From: Eledone cirrhosa
Lineage: Eukaryota
Direction of reading: 5' to 3'
NCBI GenBank assembly: GCA_964016885.1
Contig: OZ024743.1
Span: 363,196,001 to 363,260,000 of the forward strand
Length of the DNA: 64,000 nucleotides
Position 1 is the stretch's first letter. Every line of letters begins with the position of its first letter. A program made the position numbers and the translations under genes. The notes under the pieces were generated by a model. It was not told where the DNA came from, ran no database searches, and worked only from the letters and a program-made list of their open reading frames with translations. Shown here in pieces: positions 27,570 through 42,955 of the stretch.

Positions 27570-29553
27570 TCCAAACAGAAGGGAAAATTTTCCCAAACAA
27601 TGGCCCACCTACAAACCATGAGACAGAACTTCCCACATGATGTGGGGCCCCCTGTCAAAAAACCCTTCACCGTGTCTTGCTAAAAGGATTCCCTCTCTCC
27701 CCAGGCACCCCCAATCTGGACATCGAGATCGAGCAACCCGACCTCCAGGAGACAAAAAGGTAAGTGTTCCTTTTTCTCTCCCAACTCTTTTTCATCTGAC
27801 ATGGCAAATTCACGAGTATGATGTCTGAATATGCGTTGCCTGGGGGTGCTCTGGAAACAGGGCCACCTTTTAAATGACCTCAGGTCACACCTTATGGATG
27901 TGATAGCCGTCGGCGAGTCCACGATTCACGACAAACGGCAGTCAATCCCCATACTTGACAACTTTGAGATCTATGTATCTTTGTCAGCCGGGAGGTGGAG
28001 AGGGAGTTGCTGTACTGTTTCGGAAAAACCTGGACCTCGAAATATGGACAATATTCTTGAACCCGGAGGGCAGGTTAGTGGTACTAGACGTGAATAGTAG
28101 AGAAAGTGGAGCTTTCAGACTGGTGGCCGTCTATGCCCCGACTGGGACATCAAGGCTGGAGTTCTTTAAGCGCCTAGAGTCTTTCCTGGGAACGTCTCGC
28201 TCTTTACTGTTAGCGGGGAACTGGAATGGTATCTTGGACGCACGTTGGGATTACGTAGGGGCATGTGATAGTAGGGTGGGGTGTAACAGCCTAAACATTC
28301 TTATCAGTCAGTTCCAAGAGGCTGATAGATATCGACTAGAATTCCCAAGTGCACCACTGTGGACGTGGAGCAACCGCACTGGGTCTTCTAGATCGTATTT
28401 AGATAGATTTCTAATTCGACAAAACGATAGGGAAACATTAAGCTGTCCACAAATGCACATGGTTGCCTATTCAGACCACAAATTAGTGGCCTGCATAGTA
28501 AACCTTGATAGAACACATAAACAGGGACCCGGATACTGGAAGCTAAAAATGTCGCTCCCGACACGTAAAGCTTACAGTAAACAGATTAGCACTTTAGTTA
28601 AACGCCAGTTGACGGGGCCATCGTCAACAACACGTGGTGGTGCTCTCTTAAGAGAGCAATTAGAGTAGAATCAATAGCCTTTACCAAGGAAGTAGCTTCA
28701 GAGAAGGAATTGGTAGCCAAAGCAGAAGAAGCACTTAGGAGTGGCAGTACAGTTGACGTGCTAGCAGCGAGAACGGCACTAGACCAGTTCTGCAACGTGA
28801 AACACGAAGGTTGTATTGTCAGAACGAGAACACGTGCTCCGAGAAACGAAGGAGCAAAAGCTGTTAGCTGGGCCCGAGTGGCAGAGGTGAAAAGTGGCAA
28901 CAAATCAACAATTCGGTCTTTGGAAAACCAAGACGGACGCATACTACTTGATTCCAAGCAGATGTGCATGGCTTTCCAGCAGCACTTTGCACAACTGTTC
29001 GGACAGAGCGGTGTGTCGAGCGGGATGACGGACTTCAGTTCCAGCTTGACGGCCTACCGCGACTCTCGAACACAGTTGCGAAAGGCCGATCACAGCGGGC
29101 AAAATAGAAGACGCTCTAGGCCACCGTGGGAAACGTAAATCACCCAGTTTAGATGGTCCAATGAGTTTTACATAGGCATGCCAGACTTGTTCTCTGACAT
29201 CCGCGAAACGGTCTACTGCAACTGACAGCAGAATGGGAGAATTCCCAGTTCTGTAAGCAGAGGCGTTATCCCCTTTGTTCTGATCAGGAAAGATCAGAAC
29301 AAAGGGGATAACATAAACAATTTCAGGCCCATAACCCTGCTCAACACAGAGTTGAAGATTTTGGCTAAGGTGTTAGCAACGAGGCTGGCACTCGTCGTCG
29401 AGGTAGTAAGAGAAATGTTTCACCCACTAGGTAGTGGGGGAAACACAAACGTGTACAATCCTTACCAGGTCCATACACGATAACCTCCACCTCATGCGAT
29501 ACATCATAGAAAGGGTAGGGTGTAAACCTGGCTTCGGTGGGGCTCTGATCAAT
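27570..29553 (+). mobile_element. Degenerate Tx1 copy (ORF1 end, APE, start of RT), truncated by an RTE element
   Basis: ORFs at 27955-28668, 28710-29138 and 29434 onward are colinear with ORF2 of the intact copy, with stops and frameshifts. Confidence 0.85.
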
Positions 29554-32220
29554 TCAGATGTGGCCCCTCCAGTGGATCCGTCTGTGACACATCTGATGGA
29601 AACGCTCCAATTGCTTTAGGTGGTGTCGATATCTGACCCAGGCCTCGCAGGCAAAAAGAAGAGAAGAGAGCACAAGCCTTGTACACCTTTACCTTTGTCT
29701 TCTTGCATATGTCTCGCCGACCCCAGAGTCGCCTTTCTAGCTTTCCGAAAGCATCATTTGCTTTCCTAATCCTGAGTGGGGTTTCATTATCAAGGTTGCT
29801 GTATCGATTGACAGTTCTTCCCAGGTAGACAAACTGATCAACCACTCCAAGTCGTTTACCATACACATAGATATTTGGTTTACTGTACTGCTTACCAGGG
29901 ACAGGTTGGTACATGACGACGGTTTTCTTGAGACTGAGAGTCAATCCTAGGGCAGTGCAAGCATCAGAAAATGCATTCAAAATGTGCTGCATATCACTCT
30001 CTGTGTGCACTACAAGATCGCAATCATCAGCATACAAGAGGTCTCTTATGATTGATGTAAATACTTTTGTTTTTGCAGCAAAGCGCCTGATGTTAAATAT
30101 GCTGCCTGAGGTTCGAACTCGGATGTAAACACCATGCTCGCAATTCTTGAATGCAATATAGAAAATCATTACAAAGTATATGGCAAACAGGGTCGGTGCT
30201 GGAATATCCCTCTGTTTCACTCCATCTTTTACTGAGATAGGCTCCGACATGTTACCTCCGACATTAACCCAAGCCTTCATGTCGTCATGGAAAGACCTAA
30301 CTAAAGCAAGGAACTTATCAGGGCAACCAAGTTTCTGGAGAACCTTCCATAATGCATTTCTGTTAACAGTATCGAAAGCTTTTGTCAGATCGACAAAAAC
30401 CTGATACAGATCCAAACCTTGTTCCATGCATTTCACCGGGAGCTGTCTAGCTGAGAAGATCATATCTGTAGTGCCGCGTCCAGCACGAAAACCAGATTGA
30501 CTTTCAGGAAGAACACAATCTGCAATGTGTGTCAGCAGACGGTCCAGAAGCACCCTACATAAAACTTTCCCTAAAACAGAAAGCAATGATATACCTCTGT
30601 AGTACCCACAATCATGTGAAGATTTTGCAGGAGTCTCTCACCACGATATTGTAGGAGCTCTGCACGTATGCCATCCATACCTGGAGACCTTCCACTGTTC
30701 AGCTTCGAGATAGCCACTGCAACCTCCACAAGCGTCGGAGGTTCTGCGAGAGCTACTTTCACAGGATTTTCTGGAATGAGATTGAGGAAATTTTCATTGA
30801 CGACAGACGGCGGATTCAAAAGCTCATTAAAGTGCTCTCGCCACCTTCGTAGATTCCTTGTGAGTCACGAAGAAGTTCTTTGCTATCCTTGCTGCGAAGC
30901 GGTGTCGCCAGAGCAGAAGACGGTCCATAAACTTCAAGCAAGAGACTGTACAACAGCTTTCTGTTATTGGAATCTGACGCAGTTTGTATCTCATCAACCT
31001 TCTCACTCCACCACTGATCCTTCATCTGAGAAAGACTCCGCCTAACACGTGATTTCACATCCTTGAGTTCCTTATGCAACATATTCTTCTCCTGTGGTTT
31101 TGCCGTCAAGTAGCCTGACAGAGCACGCCTCTTATCAGCCAACAAGTCTTCTATATATTCATCATTCTCATTAAACTAGTCTTGATGTTTTCTCTGCACC
31201 AATCCCAGAACACGCCTGCCTACATCATAAACCGACTTTTTAAGGGTCGGCCAATCCTCACTAAGATCTGCAACCTGCATCTCTTCTCGCAATGTCCTCT
31301 TCACATTTTTATCCCTAAGACGAGCAGCATTCAATCTTCTGGGCAGGGCAACACCAGGAGCCCGGATTTTACGCTTAGTGATTAGTTTCACTTTTGCACG
31401 TACCAGGCGGTGGTCTGTCCAGCACTCAGCTCCACGAAGAGCACGAACACACTGCACATCCCGTCTGTCACGCATCCTGACTAGGACGTAGTCCAAAAGA
31501 TGCCATTCCTTAGATGCAGGATGCATCCATGTAGTCTTGAATTTGTTCTTTTGTTGGAACATGGTGTTGGTAACACACAGATCCAGCTTCTCACGCATCT
31601 TCAGCAGGAGCATACCATTGTTGTTACACTTTCCCACCCCATGCCTTCCGATTACATTCCATGTGTTAAAATCCCTACCCACTCTAGCATTAAAGTCACC
31701 AACCACGATGACTTTGTCTGCCTGAGGGATATTTCTTAAAACACCTTTCAAGGCATGGTAAAAGACACTTTTTCTTCATCGACAGAATTCATAGTTGGAG
31801 CATACACACTCACCAGGGTAGCATACCTCCTTTGTCCAGCGGAATTCTCATGGACATAAGACGCTCACTAATCCCTACTGGGAATTCTTCTAATTTATTC
31901 ACAAGAACAGTCTTAACAGCAAATGCTACCCCAGCCTCTCTTCATCTCTTCATTTCCAGAAGAATGTATATTCTTCACAAAATTCTGTAAGATGACCATC
32001 TCCAGCTAACCTCGTCTCAGATAAAGCTACGATGTCAAGATCGTAACGTCGAAGCGCCTTTGCAACAAGAGTGGTCCTTCGTACAGGACGTTCCAAGGAT
32101 TCCCTGTCAAGCAGCGTCCGTACGGTTCAGCAGCCAAGACTAAATGCCTTGTTTGGCTCTATTACAGTGGCACGATGACGAGCGGGCCCAGGCTGTGATA
32201 ACCTGGGGCCCCTGCCCTTA
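29554..32220 (-). mobile_element. RTE-clade (BovB-like) LINE, 3'-truncated
   Basis: APE (VALSETR, VGDFNARVG, WHLLDYVLVR, WTDHRLV) and RT (LPESQSGFRAGRGTTDMIF, FVDLTKAFDTVNR, LLYADD) in broken frames. Confidence 0.9.
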
Positions 32221-32346
32221 TTGGCAATTATCTCTTTTGTTCCAGAACCTAAATTGCCAATTATCTCTTTCATAATGTTTTGGAACATCATTGAATTTGG
32301 TAAAAAAAAAAAAAAATAATAATAATAGTAACAATAATAAAAATAC

Positions 32347-32528
32347 TTGTTTCTACTTTTGGCACAAGGCCAGCAATTACCCAGTACATTACTGGTACTT
32401 TATTTTATCGACCCCGTAAGGATGAAAGGCAAAGTTAACCTCGGTGGGATTTGAACTCAGACCGTAAAGGGACGTAACTATGATGGAAAGCATTACGTCC
32501 GACTCTCTACCGATACAGCCAATCCTCC
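32347..32528 (-). mobile_element. SINE, same family
   Basis: Full consensus match. Further minus-strand copies at 34563-34700, 34793-34967, about 36347-36500 and 41393-41580. Confidence 0.85.
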
Positions 32529-32955
32529 AATAATAATCCATTATTAATAATTATTAATTAATGCAATCGTGCAATGCCTGTGCATGAAGAATATTTTTTA
32601 AATGAGGAAAGACTGTGCACTGAGCCAATCCCACTCTCTGAGCGACAGTAGCTATAACCCGAAATGAAGAAAAGATCAACATCATCGGTAACTACTGTGC
32701 CGCAGGTTTTATTTCGGAGTTAACCCAGTTTCTTGAGATGCCTTCTCCTAGAAGAATGGCCTGACAAAGGCTAGGGGTCCTTCACTCCCAGTGGTTTAAC
32801 TGCGAGATCGGGTATCCAGCCCGACTATTTCTATGTCCCCGCGCATAAAGAAGAAAAAAAAACTCACTTATTGACACTCATACGTACGACATACACACAC
32901 GCGCACACACACCAACACTCATGCATACAAACAAACACACACATGCTACTCACTT

Positions 32956-32989
<34 letters not shown>

Positions 32990-33124
32990 TACCGTCATTA
33001 CTGATACAAGATTACAAGATTATGTCAACTGTTGACTTTCGAAAGAGTTCGTATAGTTGAAGCCGTTCGTGTTACATTCATACATACATACATACATACA
33101 TACATACATACATACATACATACA

Positions 33125-33155
<31 letters not shown>

Positions 33156-33159
33156 TTAC

Positions 33160-33208
<49 letters not shown>

Positions 33209-33273
33209 ATTACGTATATATACATATACATTCACGCGCATATTCCGCCATCGCACACATGCATTGAAAAAAA

Positions 33274-33404
<131 letters not shown>

Positions 33405-33955
33405 ATACACTCACTGTATATATACATGTATAGGCACGCACATGAACACAAGCATCAGTGGAAAGATAATTACTTACCTATTATAACAATAAAAAAAATT
33501 ACGATGACAATCTCAGAAATAAAATTATAAAGGTTAACAACAAAATAGACGAAATAATAGTTTGATATAGTATGGTGTTGGTGACTGTAGCGCCCTCTTG
33601 TCTGAAAATCTTATTCTTCTTTGCCGGAAGTGTAAATGAATTTTTAAGTATAAGCGGCCATGTTATATTATTTTTTCATATAAGAAGAAAACAACCAAAG
33701 AAGTCTATACAGAAGTGTAGTACTGAAGAAAAAAAAAAAATATATATATTATTATTATTTACTTGTTTTCTTGTGTTTATACAATCGATTCTGTTTAAAG
33801 AAACCCTCGTCCCACAGGTTTTGTATTCATTTTTGGCCCCTCATCCGTCGCCCATGCGGCAAATAATGAAATTTAAGACATTATTATTAATATTATTATT
33901 GTTGTTGTTAGCAGTGGTGGTGGTGGTGGTGCTAGTGATAGTGATACAGACACTG

Positions 33956-34078
<123 letters not shown>

Positions 34079-34500
34079 AGTTATATGTATGTATGCATAT
34101 ATGTATGTATATACGTATATATATGTGTGTATGTATGTATGTATAAATGTATTTATGTATGCATGTATCTATTTGTGTACGTATGTATATATGTATGAAT
34201 GTATATATGTATGTATGTATGCATGTATGTATGTATGTATGTGTGTGTATATATATTTCGGTATATTATATATTTGTATATTTCTTGTTAGTTCTGCTGA
34301 CTTTTAGAGAAAAAAGTAATTGTGCCGTAGGTGGAATCTCAACGAGACTTAGCTCAGATTAACTTATCAATTACAGAAGGTGGCATGATTCTTTGTTAAT
34401 TTATGTATTGATAATGGAGTTTGAATAGCAAACAACAACAGCAAAAACAACAACGACAAAACCAACAACAGCGATCTCAACAATAAAAACCACCACCACC

Positions 34501-34561
<61 letters not shown>

Positions 34562-34979
34562 CTGTTTCTACTTTCGGCACAAGGCCAGCAATTATCCCAG
34601 TGTATTACTGCTACTTTATATTTTTATCGACCCCGTAAGGATGAAAGGCAAAGTTAACCTCGGCGGGATTTGAACTCAGACCGTAAAGGGACGTAACTAT
34701 GCAAATAATAGCAGCAAAAACGACAACAGTAATAACATCAACAGTAACAGCAATAATAACGACGTCAATAATGTTAGTGTGAATACTAAATAATTGTTTC
34801 TACTTTTGGCACAAGGCCAGAAATTACTCAGTACATTACTGGTACTTTATTTTATCCACCCTGTAAGGATGAAAGGCAAAGTTAACCTCAGTGGGATTCG
34901 AACTCAGATAATAAAGGGCCGTAACTCTATGCTGAAAAGTATGGTGTCCGACCCTCTGCAGATACTGCAGTGCAGATAT

Positions 34980-36330
34980 CATGAAAAAGGCGGAAGAATA
35001 CAAGGACGGCACTAGACGAAGCAAAGTGGTTTTTTCGTGTAAAAAGATGGTAACAAGAAAATAACACGTAAAAAAATAATAATTTTCGAAGAGGAGTAAG
35101 ACTTCTTTGTGTCACTGAGGGAGAAAGCCCACAAAAAGCCACGGTCACTTTGACCGCTAGAGCAAATACCCCTCCCATCTGTCTTGCTCAATCTACATGC
35201 ACATATTCAAAGCAGGCTCATTCAATCTTCTGGGCAGAGCAACACAAGGAGCCCGGATTTTACGCTTAGTGATTAGTTTCACTTTTGCGCGTACCAGGCG
35301 GTGGTCCGTCCAGCACTCAGCTCCACGAAGAGCCTACACGCCACACTCGTCCACTTTTCAACGTATTAGTTAGAAGGCAGTACATTCTTCTCCACTCTTG
35401 TTCTCAAGTTCTCACGTGGTGCGTGCACCATATTACCGTTTTCGCCGTGGCCCCCAGGCAAATAAAAACTGCCTGCCCTTCTTTCCTAAAGGAAGACTCC
35501 GGAGCGATCTTCGCGGTGGACTCAGCGGATCCGTTCTACACGTGAAAACATGTGTTCGACATAAATCCACAAGCCAGTAATATTCAGACTCTGAATGAGT
35601 GCATGTACGATGGTTTTGTCGCCCTGTGCGGATCTCGGACGGAAATTCCATGCCTGGAGAGTTTATCTTGAACTGGCAATGCTTCCCGCTAGCACTGCCA
35701 GGCCAGGGATTTCAGGAAATTATCCATGGGACCTGGATCAAAAGTACACCGAAAAAGAGTGGCTAGTCGACGCCTAGTGTCTCCTGAAGAACATTGTCAC
35801 TTTTTTCTGCCACTAGCTATAGAACGCCAAAGTGGAGTTTCCCCCGATTCTACTGTCCGATTAGTAGGAAACTGAGCACTTGAAGACATTCCAGTTCTCA
35901 AGTGTTCCCTTTCAGTCTTCGCTTGAACCTGGGGTACAACTCTGCCAGGGAGACGAGCTGTGAGAAAACGCCTCAAGCAAACGACGACCACACCTGTTCA
36001 CTGTCAATGAAAAGCTGGAGAACTCGTATACTCGGAGCATGTATACGCACCATCAGCCAAGCAGTGGGGGTTGGCAGCCGATGGACGAGGGGGCCACCCT
36101 GCTCCTTACCTTGTTCTAATGTTTCTCCATTTGAAGATCTAGACCAAACCATACTCCAAGCAATTCAACTCGTCCGTCGGTCGCGCACCACACAGCGCTG
36201 TTTGAAGGCATGAACATGCCTCACTGGGTGCTGTGCTGCAGGTCCACCTACTTTTCCTGGTTAATTTCCCATCCCCGACCAGACCATTGTCGACAAACGC
36301 CAACCTCGTTGATAACACTTGGCTAAATTT
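34980..36330 (-). mobile_element. Degenerate Tx1 3' region containing a ~120-bp RTE insert (35215-35335)
   Basis: KFSQVLSTRLAFVDNGLVGDG at 36240-36330; 3' UTR similar to 54100-54160; the insert matches 31325-31445. Confidence 0.6.
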
Positions 36331-38379
36331 TCTAATAATGATAATGGTTTTTAATTTAGGCACAAGGCCAACGATGTCGGTGGGGAGCGGAAAGGCGTTT
36401 AAATTGATGCCTGCCAGTTCATTATTGGTGTTTTATTTTATCATATGGATGAAAGGCAAAGTTAATCTCGACGGGATTTGAACTCAGAACGTGAAGAGTC
36501 ATACATAAATTAGTGCATCAGGAACACAGATAACTATAACAGTAATTGAAATTACACTAGTAATAACAAACACAGTGTAAAAAACCGCATCAGTGACAGA
36601 TGTAAGATCTAAAACAACATCAATAATAACAATAACAGCACTATTAATACCAGCAACAAAAAAAAATATCAAACATCAACAGCAACAACAGTAATAACAA
36701 TCACAACAAGAACGACAACGACTGCGGCAACAACAAAAAATCACCTACTGCAACAGAAATAAGAAAAACAGCAATAACAACAACAGCAACAACATCAGCT
36801 GTTTCGAGAACGATGCAGCAAAAATAGCTATAAGAAAAACAACAACAGCAGCAGCAACTATAAAACTGTTGGTTTTGACATATGTTGTCAGCTAACAAAA
36901 GTGTAATATTCCACCAATAGTTTTGCTCTAAATTCTGTGAACAATTCTGATTGGTTGGCATGTCATTTCATGGAAAGTACTTCGCTTTTTGAGGAGATTA
37001 CAAGTGCCAAAAAATCGAAGCTGCTGCATTTCTGCGATCATTTTTGGCCTTAGGGTTTAAAAAAATATTCTTATTTTTAATGAAAGGACCTGTGTTGTTG
37101 TTTTTCCTGGTGGTGGTAGTGGTGCTGGTAAGTGGTGGTTGTGGTAGTGATAGTGGTTAAAATGCCATTTTTCTTAAAGGGATGCTCAGGTAGTGATTCT
37201 GACAGGCACTGATGAGCAGTTCTTGAACAGAAAAACCACACCACTCATCCCATTCCAAAAGTCAATGCAGAAGTTAGTTGTGGTCATATATGTGCAAATC
37301 ACCCAAATTTCATTCTACGCCAAGCATATGTTGTTGTTTTTTAAACTATTAACCATTTTGATACCAAACCGCCTGAAACCATTCCTGGTTCTATGGTACT
37401 GAGCTGTTTATATTTAAAAACATTCTATCATAATTTTATGTAGTAACCTTTGTTATGTTATGTCCCAAACATCATATTTCTGATAGAAAACATTTACTCT
37501 GATTTTCAAACACTTTTCATTCATCATCATCATCATCATTTAACGTTCGTTTTCACTGCTAGCAAAGGTTGGTCGATGCGTCATAGACCAAGTCAGTACT
37601 CAATCTAAGTCACTGATCCCACACTCTACACAGTGCACTGTGTATTTTATCGTGTACCAGCAATAGGAAGATCGTCATGTATTTTATTGACACCAACACA
37701 GGGAGGTCCACAACTGAAGAATTCTCTCAACCCTTTGTTAAAAAAGTTCTCTGTGGCTCAATGTTCTTTCTACCACCAAACACTTTACATGGTGTCTGGG
37801 TTTGTTTTATCGTGACACCAATACGTTGGAATAGTTTTTACAGCTGGATACCTTTCTTAACACCAACCACTATATATAGTGTACTGAGTGCATTTTCCAT
37901 GGCACCAGAACTAGAGATGTTGTCATATCCCTTCCTCACACCAACCACTTTACAGGTCTAGTGTGTGCATTTTATTTAGCACCACCTTAGCACTAAGGAG
38001 GTCGTCCGCCATTGACTCGACTGAAGAGTTCTATCTAGTCTATGAAGGTATAGGATGTGGATGGCAGTATAATATTGGGGCTATGTATAAAGTCGTGGAT
38101 ATGTGAAAACCAGTAATATAGAGTCTAGAGCTTTTGGTACATGTGATCTCCTCAACAAGTAAATAGGGGAGAGAAGAATGGAGGGGGATGGGGTGGAAAA
38201 TGACAATTCCATGGGTCTCACCCACTGAGACCTCTTCGCACGTCCCTATACAGCTCTCATCCTCCATATGCCCCACCAGTCTATGTCATCGCAGTTTTCC
38301 TCCTTGCACACTCCATTGGATTTCTCCCATAATGAGTCCTTCTCTCACTTCGTCCAGGCCATACACCACAGTTTAGTTT

Positions 38380-41050
38380 TCAGAGTTGCATGTCTTTCTC
38401 TATTATGGCATATCGCCATTGAGCTCGATCTTATGTCATGTTCTTCATAAGGTTCAGGGTTTTTAGATCACTCTTCAGAACTTTGTCCCATGTCATCCTT
38501 GGTCTCCATTTTCCACAGGTTACATTCACTTCAAGTGCTCGGCACTTTTTTATACAATTCTCATATTACATAACCATTCCAGCACAATAGATTTTCTTGC
38601 AAACTACATTCAATTTCTCCTATTCTCAGTATTTCTCCCAACTCAATTGTACTCTGTCGTTTATATACAGTAACAGTAAACATCAAGCGAAACATACACA
38701 CCCTATTTCTTTTTAGCTACCACATATCCTCAGCAGCCAGGCCGCATGCCTCACTGCATGGCAGTGAGACACAAACATCATATAGCATACCCTTCACTAT
38801 GAGAGAGAATTTTTTTGTTACCCGCAGAAATTATTGTTCTCAGAACTTCTTCCACCCTGTTCTCACTCTGACTATATTTTCGGCACACCCACCTCCAATG
38901 CTAATAAGGTCAGCTATATAGAAAAAGTCATCTATTACGTCTAGCGAGCCTTTCTAACATGTGAGGGAGTTTATTTTCCGAATACTCTTGCTTTTGACGC
39001 CAGGCACATATAAAGTCTACCTTATCTGCCAGCCTACCTATGATCTCGCTACATTACTTGTGCATCCACTGTCCACATGGGGTACGCTTTATAGAGTTTC
39101 TACCAACTCCTTTTCGGCATATTTAGCATGGCCATTTACCTGAAGGTATCGGAATTCTATTATTTTTTCTACTTAATAAAATGTTACTGTTTACTAAGTT
39201 TATTTTGAAGTCTCTTAATTCCAGATTATTTTTCTATGTCTGCACTAATTCTAGTTATTGCTAGGAGGACTATAATGAATAGAAGAGGCTGAAAACTGAT
39301 CCTTGATCAACTGCCACATGCACGCTAAATCCATTGCTGTAATCATTTTTAACCACCTCCTTGCTGACTAAACCACTCTATATGGCTTGTACAACTCTCA
39401 CAAGCCATTCACCTATCCATAGCTTCCTGAGAGTACAAAGCGCGGGATTCTATTAAAAGTCTTTTCCGGGTCAACACATCCCAAACATGGGGGCTGATTC
39501 TTAGTTAAGTACTTCTTTTGGATTTGCTAAACTGCATCTCTTGAAGATTAGTCCTATCCTTAATAAACTTTATGACTCTTTCTGTAACTTTCATAACCTG
39601 ATATAACAATATGATGACCCTGTAACTACCTAACTCTGGTGCATATCCTTTACTCTTGTAGCAGTTGATATTGATGCTACTACACCTTCCTAGTCTACCT
39701 GGTTTATTATACCTCTGACTAGTCTCTCTCCTGCTCCACCAGATAGTTTAACCATCTCAGCGACAATCCCCGAAGTGCTAGTTGCCTTCCCTAACTATAT
39801 TTCCTTAATCCCCTAATCTACTATACTACTGGCCATTCAGTTGGGTCTATTTGGTATAAACCCTTCCTCTCCTATGAATAATCCACGTTCACCAATCTCT
39901 CATAGTAACACTCTCAAGCTTCTTTCTTTTCGGTTTCAGTAAATATAAAGGAGCCACTGTTGATTCTTGCACCCTTCTCTCTTACGATATCCTGGTTCTC
40001 TTATGTACACTTCACGCTTCTGATCCTCTCGCAGCACAATATTGGCAAAACTTCTTGATTTCAGCTTCTCCTTTTATTATATAAATAGCTACATCGCATT
40101 GTTCCTTTTTAAACACCAGGCAACCTCCTCCCCTATAGTCTTTCCAATCTTGTCTCTTAGCCGTTATAGTCCTCTCTACAGTACTGTTTCACCACCATGT
40201 AACCTTCCGTCTGGCTGATACCTGTCGCCCTCCACAGATCTCGTCTGTGACCCTTAGTAGGTTGTCTCGTGGGAGTTCCCAGTTGTCCTCTATACCAGAG
40301 GGTCCCGACCACCGGGCCGCGGATCGGTACTGATCCGTGGATCATTTGCTACCGGGCCGCAAAGAAATAATTAACTTGTTTAAAATTATATTATAGATAA
40401 ATTGAATATTGGACTTTAATTTAAAAAGATTTGTTTAAATATTCAATATTCATCTACTCAATACTATTTATCATAACTGTAAGTCATTTTATAATTAATG
40501 TATATTTTTATAATTAATGAATATTTTACGTCTACCTCTAAGTGCAATTACCGGTCTACGGAAAGATTGTCGGGCATGAAGCCGGTCCGTGGTATAACAA
40601 ATGTTAGAGACCACTGCTCTATACCACATGTTTCTAATTCCTCCTCCTTATGTCTCTAAACTTCTGGTTGTTTGAAAGCTCTTTAAGCTTCCATGTCCTA
40701 CTTCTCCAGATTCTCTTAGATTTCTGTGTGGTCACCTCACGCTCTAAAGTCAATAATTACTAAACTATTGGGTGATGCATTCTTCGCCAGGGAAACTTTT
40801 AGCATTTACGACCATCTGCCTAACGAGTTTCCTAGTGAGCTCAAAATCAATCTAACGTGTATGTTCGCCTACTAAGTGATCAAATAGCTGGCTGGTTTCC
40901 TGAAGTTTGTGTAACAGATTGTCAAGTCATTTGCATTATAAAACTCTAGGAGCAATGTTCTTTCTTCATTTCTAACCCAAAGTCCATAACCACCATGCAC
41001 ACCATAGAATCCAGCCTGAAGTTGCTCGATATTAATGTTAGTTGCTTTTA
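38380..41050 (-). mobile_element. Old, heavily decayed RTE-like LINE interrupted by the hAT MITE
   Basis: Residual motifs on minus (HVAVDQGSVFSLFYFI, NYRVIILLYQVMKV, VDPEKTFNRIPR, MLYDVCVS); no long ORF. Confidence 0.55.
40296..40616. mobile_element. hAT (Charlie-like) MITE
   Basis: Termini CAGAGGGTCCC and GAGACCACTG; 8-bp TSD CTCTATAC (40288-40295, 40617-40624); subterminal CCGGTCCG/CCGGGCCGC motifs. Confidence 0.85.
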
Positions 41051-42311
41051 AGTCAGTGATTCTGAACGTGAAGCACGTGATCCACAGGGGAGCAATTTGA
41101 AACTCATTTCATCACCAAACTTGTTATTATATTATATTATGTTTTGCGGTATCGTGGTGGAACATAAAGTAGAAATGGTGAAGAACCACTACTCTACATG
41201 GTGTCTCGACTTGCCTGAAATAGGAATCACATCTCTTGCAAACACACACACCACTATAAAAAATGAGAAGGAGTATCTGGAAGAAATAGATGAAATGGTC
41301 ACTGCTGGAACATCATTGTCTCTTGGATCAGTTCTGAATTGGGGCTAAACAACAACGTTTTAGTATTATGCCTTTCTGGTGGCATTCTTATAATTGTTTC
41401 TACTATTGGCACAAGGCCAACAATTACCCAGTACATTACTGGTACTTTATTTTATCGACCTCGTAAGGATGAAAAGCAAAGTTAACCTCGGCGGGATTTG
41501 AACTCAGAATGGCAAGGGCCGTAACTCTATGCGTCAAAGCATGGCGTCCGACCCTCTACCGATACTGCCAATCCACCGCCAATCCACCGTGGCATTCTTA
41601 TAATATTGTTAAAAGTTGCATGTTATACACTGGGGTCGATGCAATTGACTATCACTCTCCTCCTACATTGCATGCCTTGTGTCTAAATTGAGGATCGATA
41701 TTCTTGACATTTGTGAAACTAACATCAAATGGAATTTAACTTGCCTCCATGTCAGGTGGCGAATTAACTATCATTAGAGTCTCGGATTAAATACTTTGTA
41801 GCATTTGCTTCGGGGTTCTGTGCTTTGAGTTCAAATCCTGCCGTGGTTAATGTTTCCTTTCATCCTTTTGGGATTGATAAATAAAGTGCCAAATCAAGGG
41901 TCGTTGATGGAGCGACGCACGTAATGTTTTGAGGAATATGTTCTGGCTCTTTGCGATCGGTGTCAAAATTCCGGGCGAATAAAAGAACTAAAATTTGAGG
42001 TGAGTAGATCACGTCAAAATAATAGACCCATGCCAACTGACCCCAACCAGCCCTCACCTATTGAAGAAGTGTTTGGTCTGTTGTATATTGGTAGTTGAAC
42101 TGACACGGGCAGGAGGACGCGTAGCTGTGTTAAGTAAGAACAGTATTAAATAGCATTATTTGTTACGCATTATTTGCCTTTCATCCTTACGGGGTCGATA
42201 AAATAAAGTACCAGTAATACACTGGGATAATTGCTGCCCTTGTGCCTAAAGTAGAAACAATTATTTGTTACGCAGAGAAGACACATGATTTACGTTGTTG
42301 TTATTGGTAGT

Positions 42312-42328
42312 GATAATGATGAAGACGT

Positions 42329-42370
<42 letters not shown>

Positions 42371-42471
42371 CGACGACGATGATAATGACGACGATGATGA
42401 TGATGACGATGATGATGATGACGACGATGATGGTGATGACGACGACGACGACGATGATGATGATGATGACG

Positions 42472-42502
<31 letters not shown>

Positions 42503-42540
42503 TTATGATGATGACGATGATGATGATAGTGATGCTGATA
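42312..42540. repeat. (GAT/GAC)n compound microsatellite, one of dozens of (TA)n, (CA)n, (GA)n, (TACA)n, (AAG)n, (AAC)n and (AAT)n tracts
   Basis: Seen directly; these tracts explain most short ORFs in the track. Confidence 0.95.
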
Positions 42541-42754
42541 TTGAAATTGGTAATGGCGGCGATGGTGGTAGTGGCAGAAGGAAACTGGTGATTGTTGATA
42601 GTGGCTAAGTAGTAGTGGTATTGTTGACAACAGATAGTGCTGGTTATGGTGGTCATGGCGGTAGTATTGGTGGTGGTGCTGGTGTATTGGTCATAGTGGA
42701 TTTCGTTGGTATTGAAGAAATAGATGTGTTTGTATATATATATATATATATATA

Positions 42755-42955
42755 TAGCAACGAGTAGGACCCCGACGGCTGAGATCAAGGTGTTTCGACG
42801 GCTAATTCTGGACTAAAATGTCCAGAATTAGCCGTCGAAACGGCTTGAGCTCAGCCGTCGGGGTCCTACTCGTTCCTATTACCCACTCTACTACCCTAAG
42901 TATTGAGTACTTTGGTGCGTTATGGTCCACCTGGTTCCTTACCACATTTCCTTCG

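Noticed and set aside
37205-37240. CTGATGA...GAAA hammerhead candidate
   Set aside because: Stems I and III do not pair and there is no NUH site.
42261-42788. Poly-Asp, poly-His and poly-Ile ORFs, and the many [12 protein letters not shown] ORFs across the window
   Set aside because: Translations of microsatellites, with no splice or domain support.
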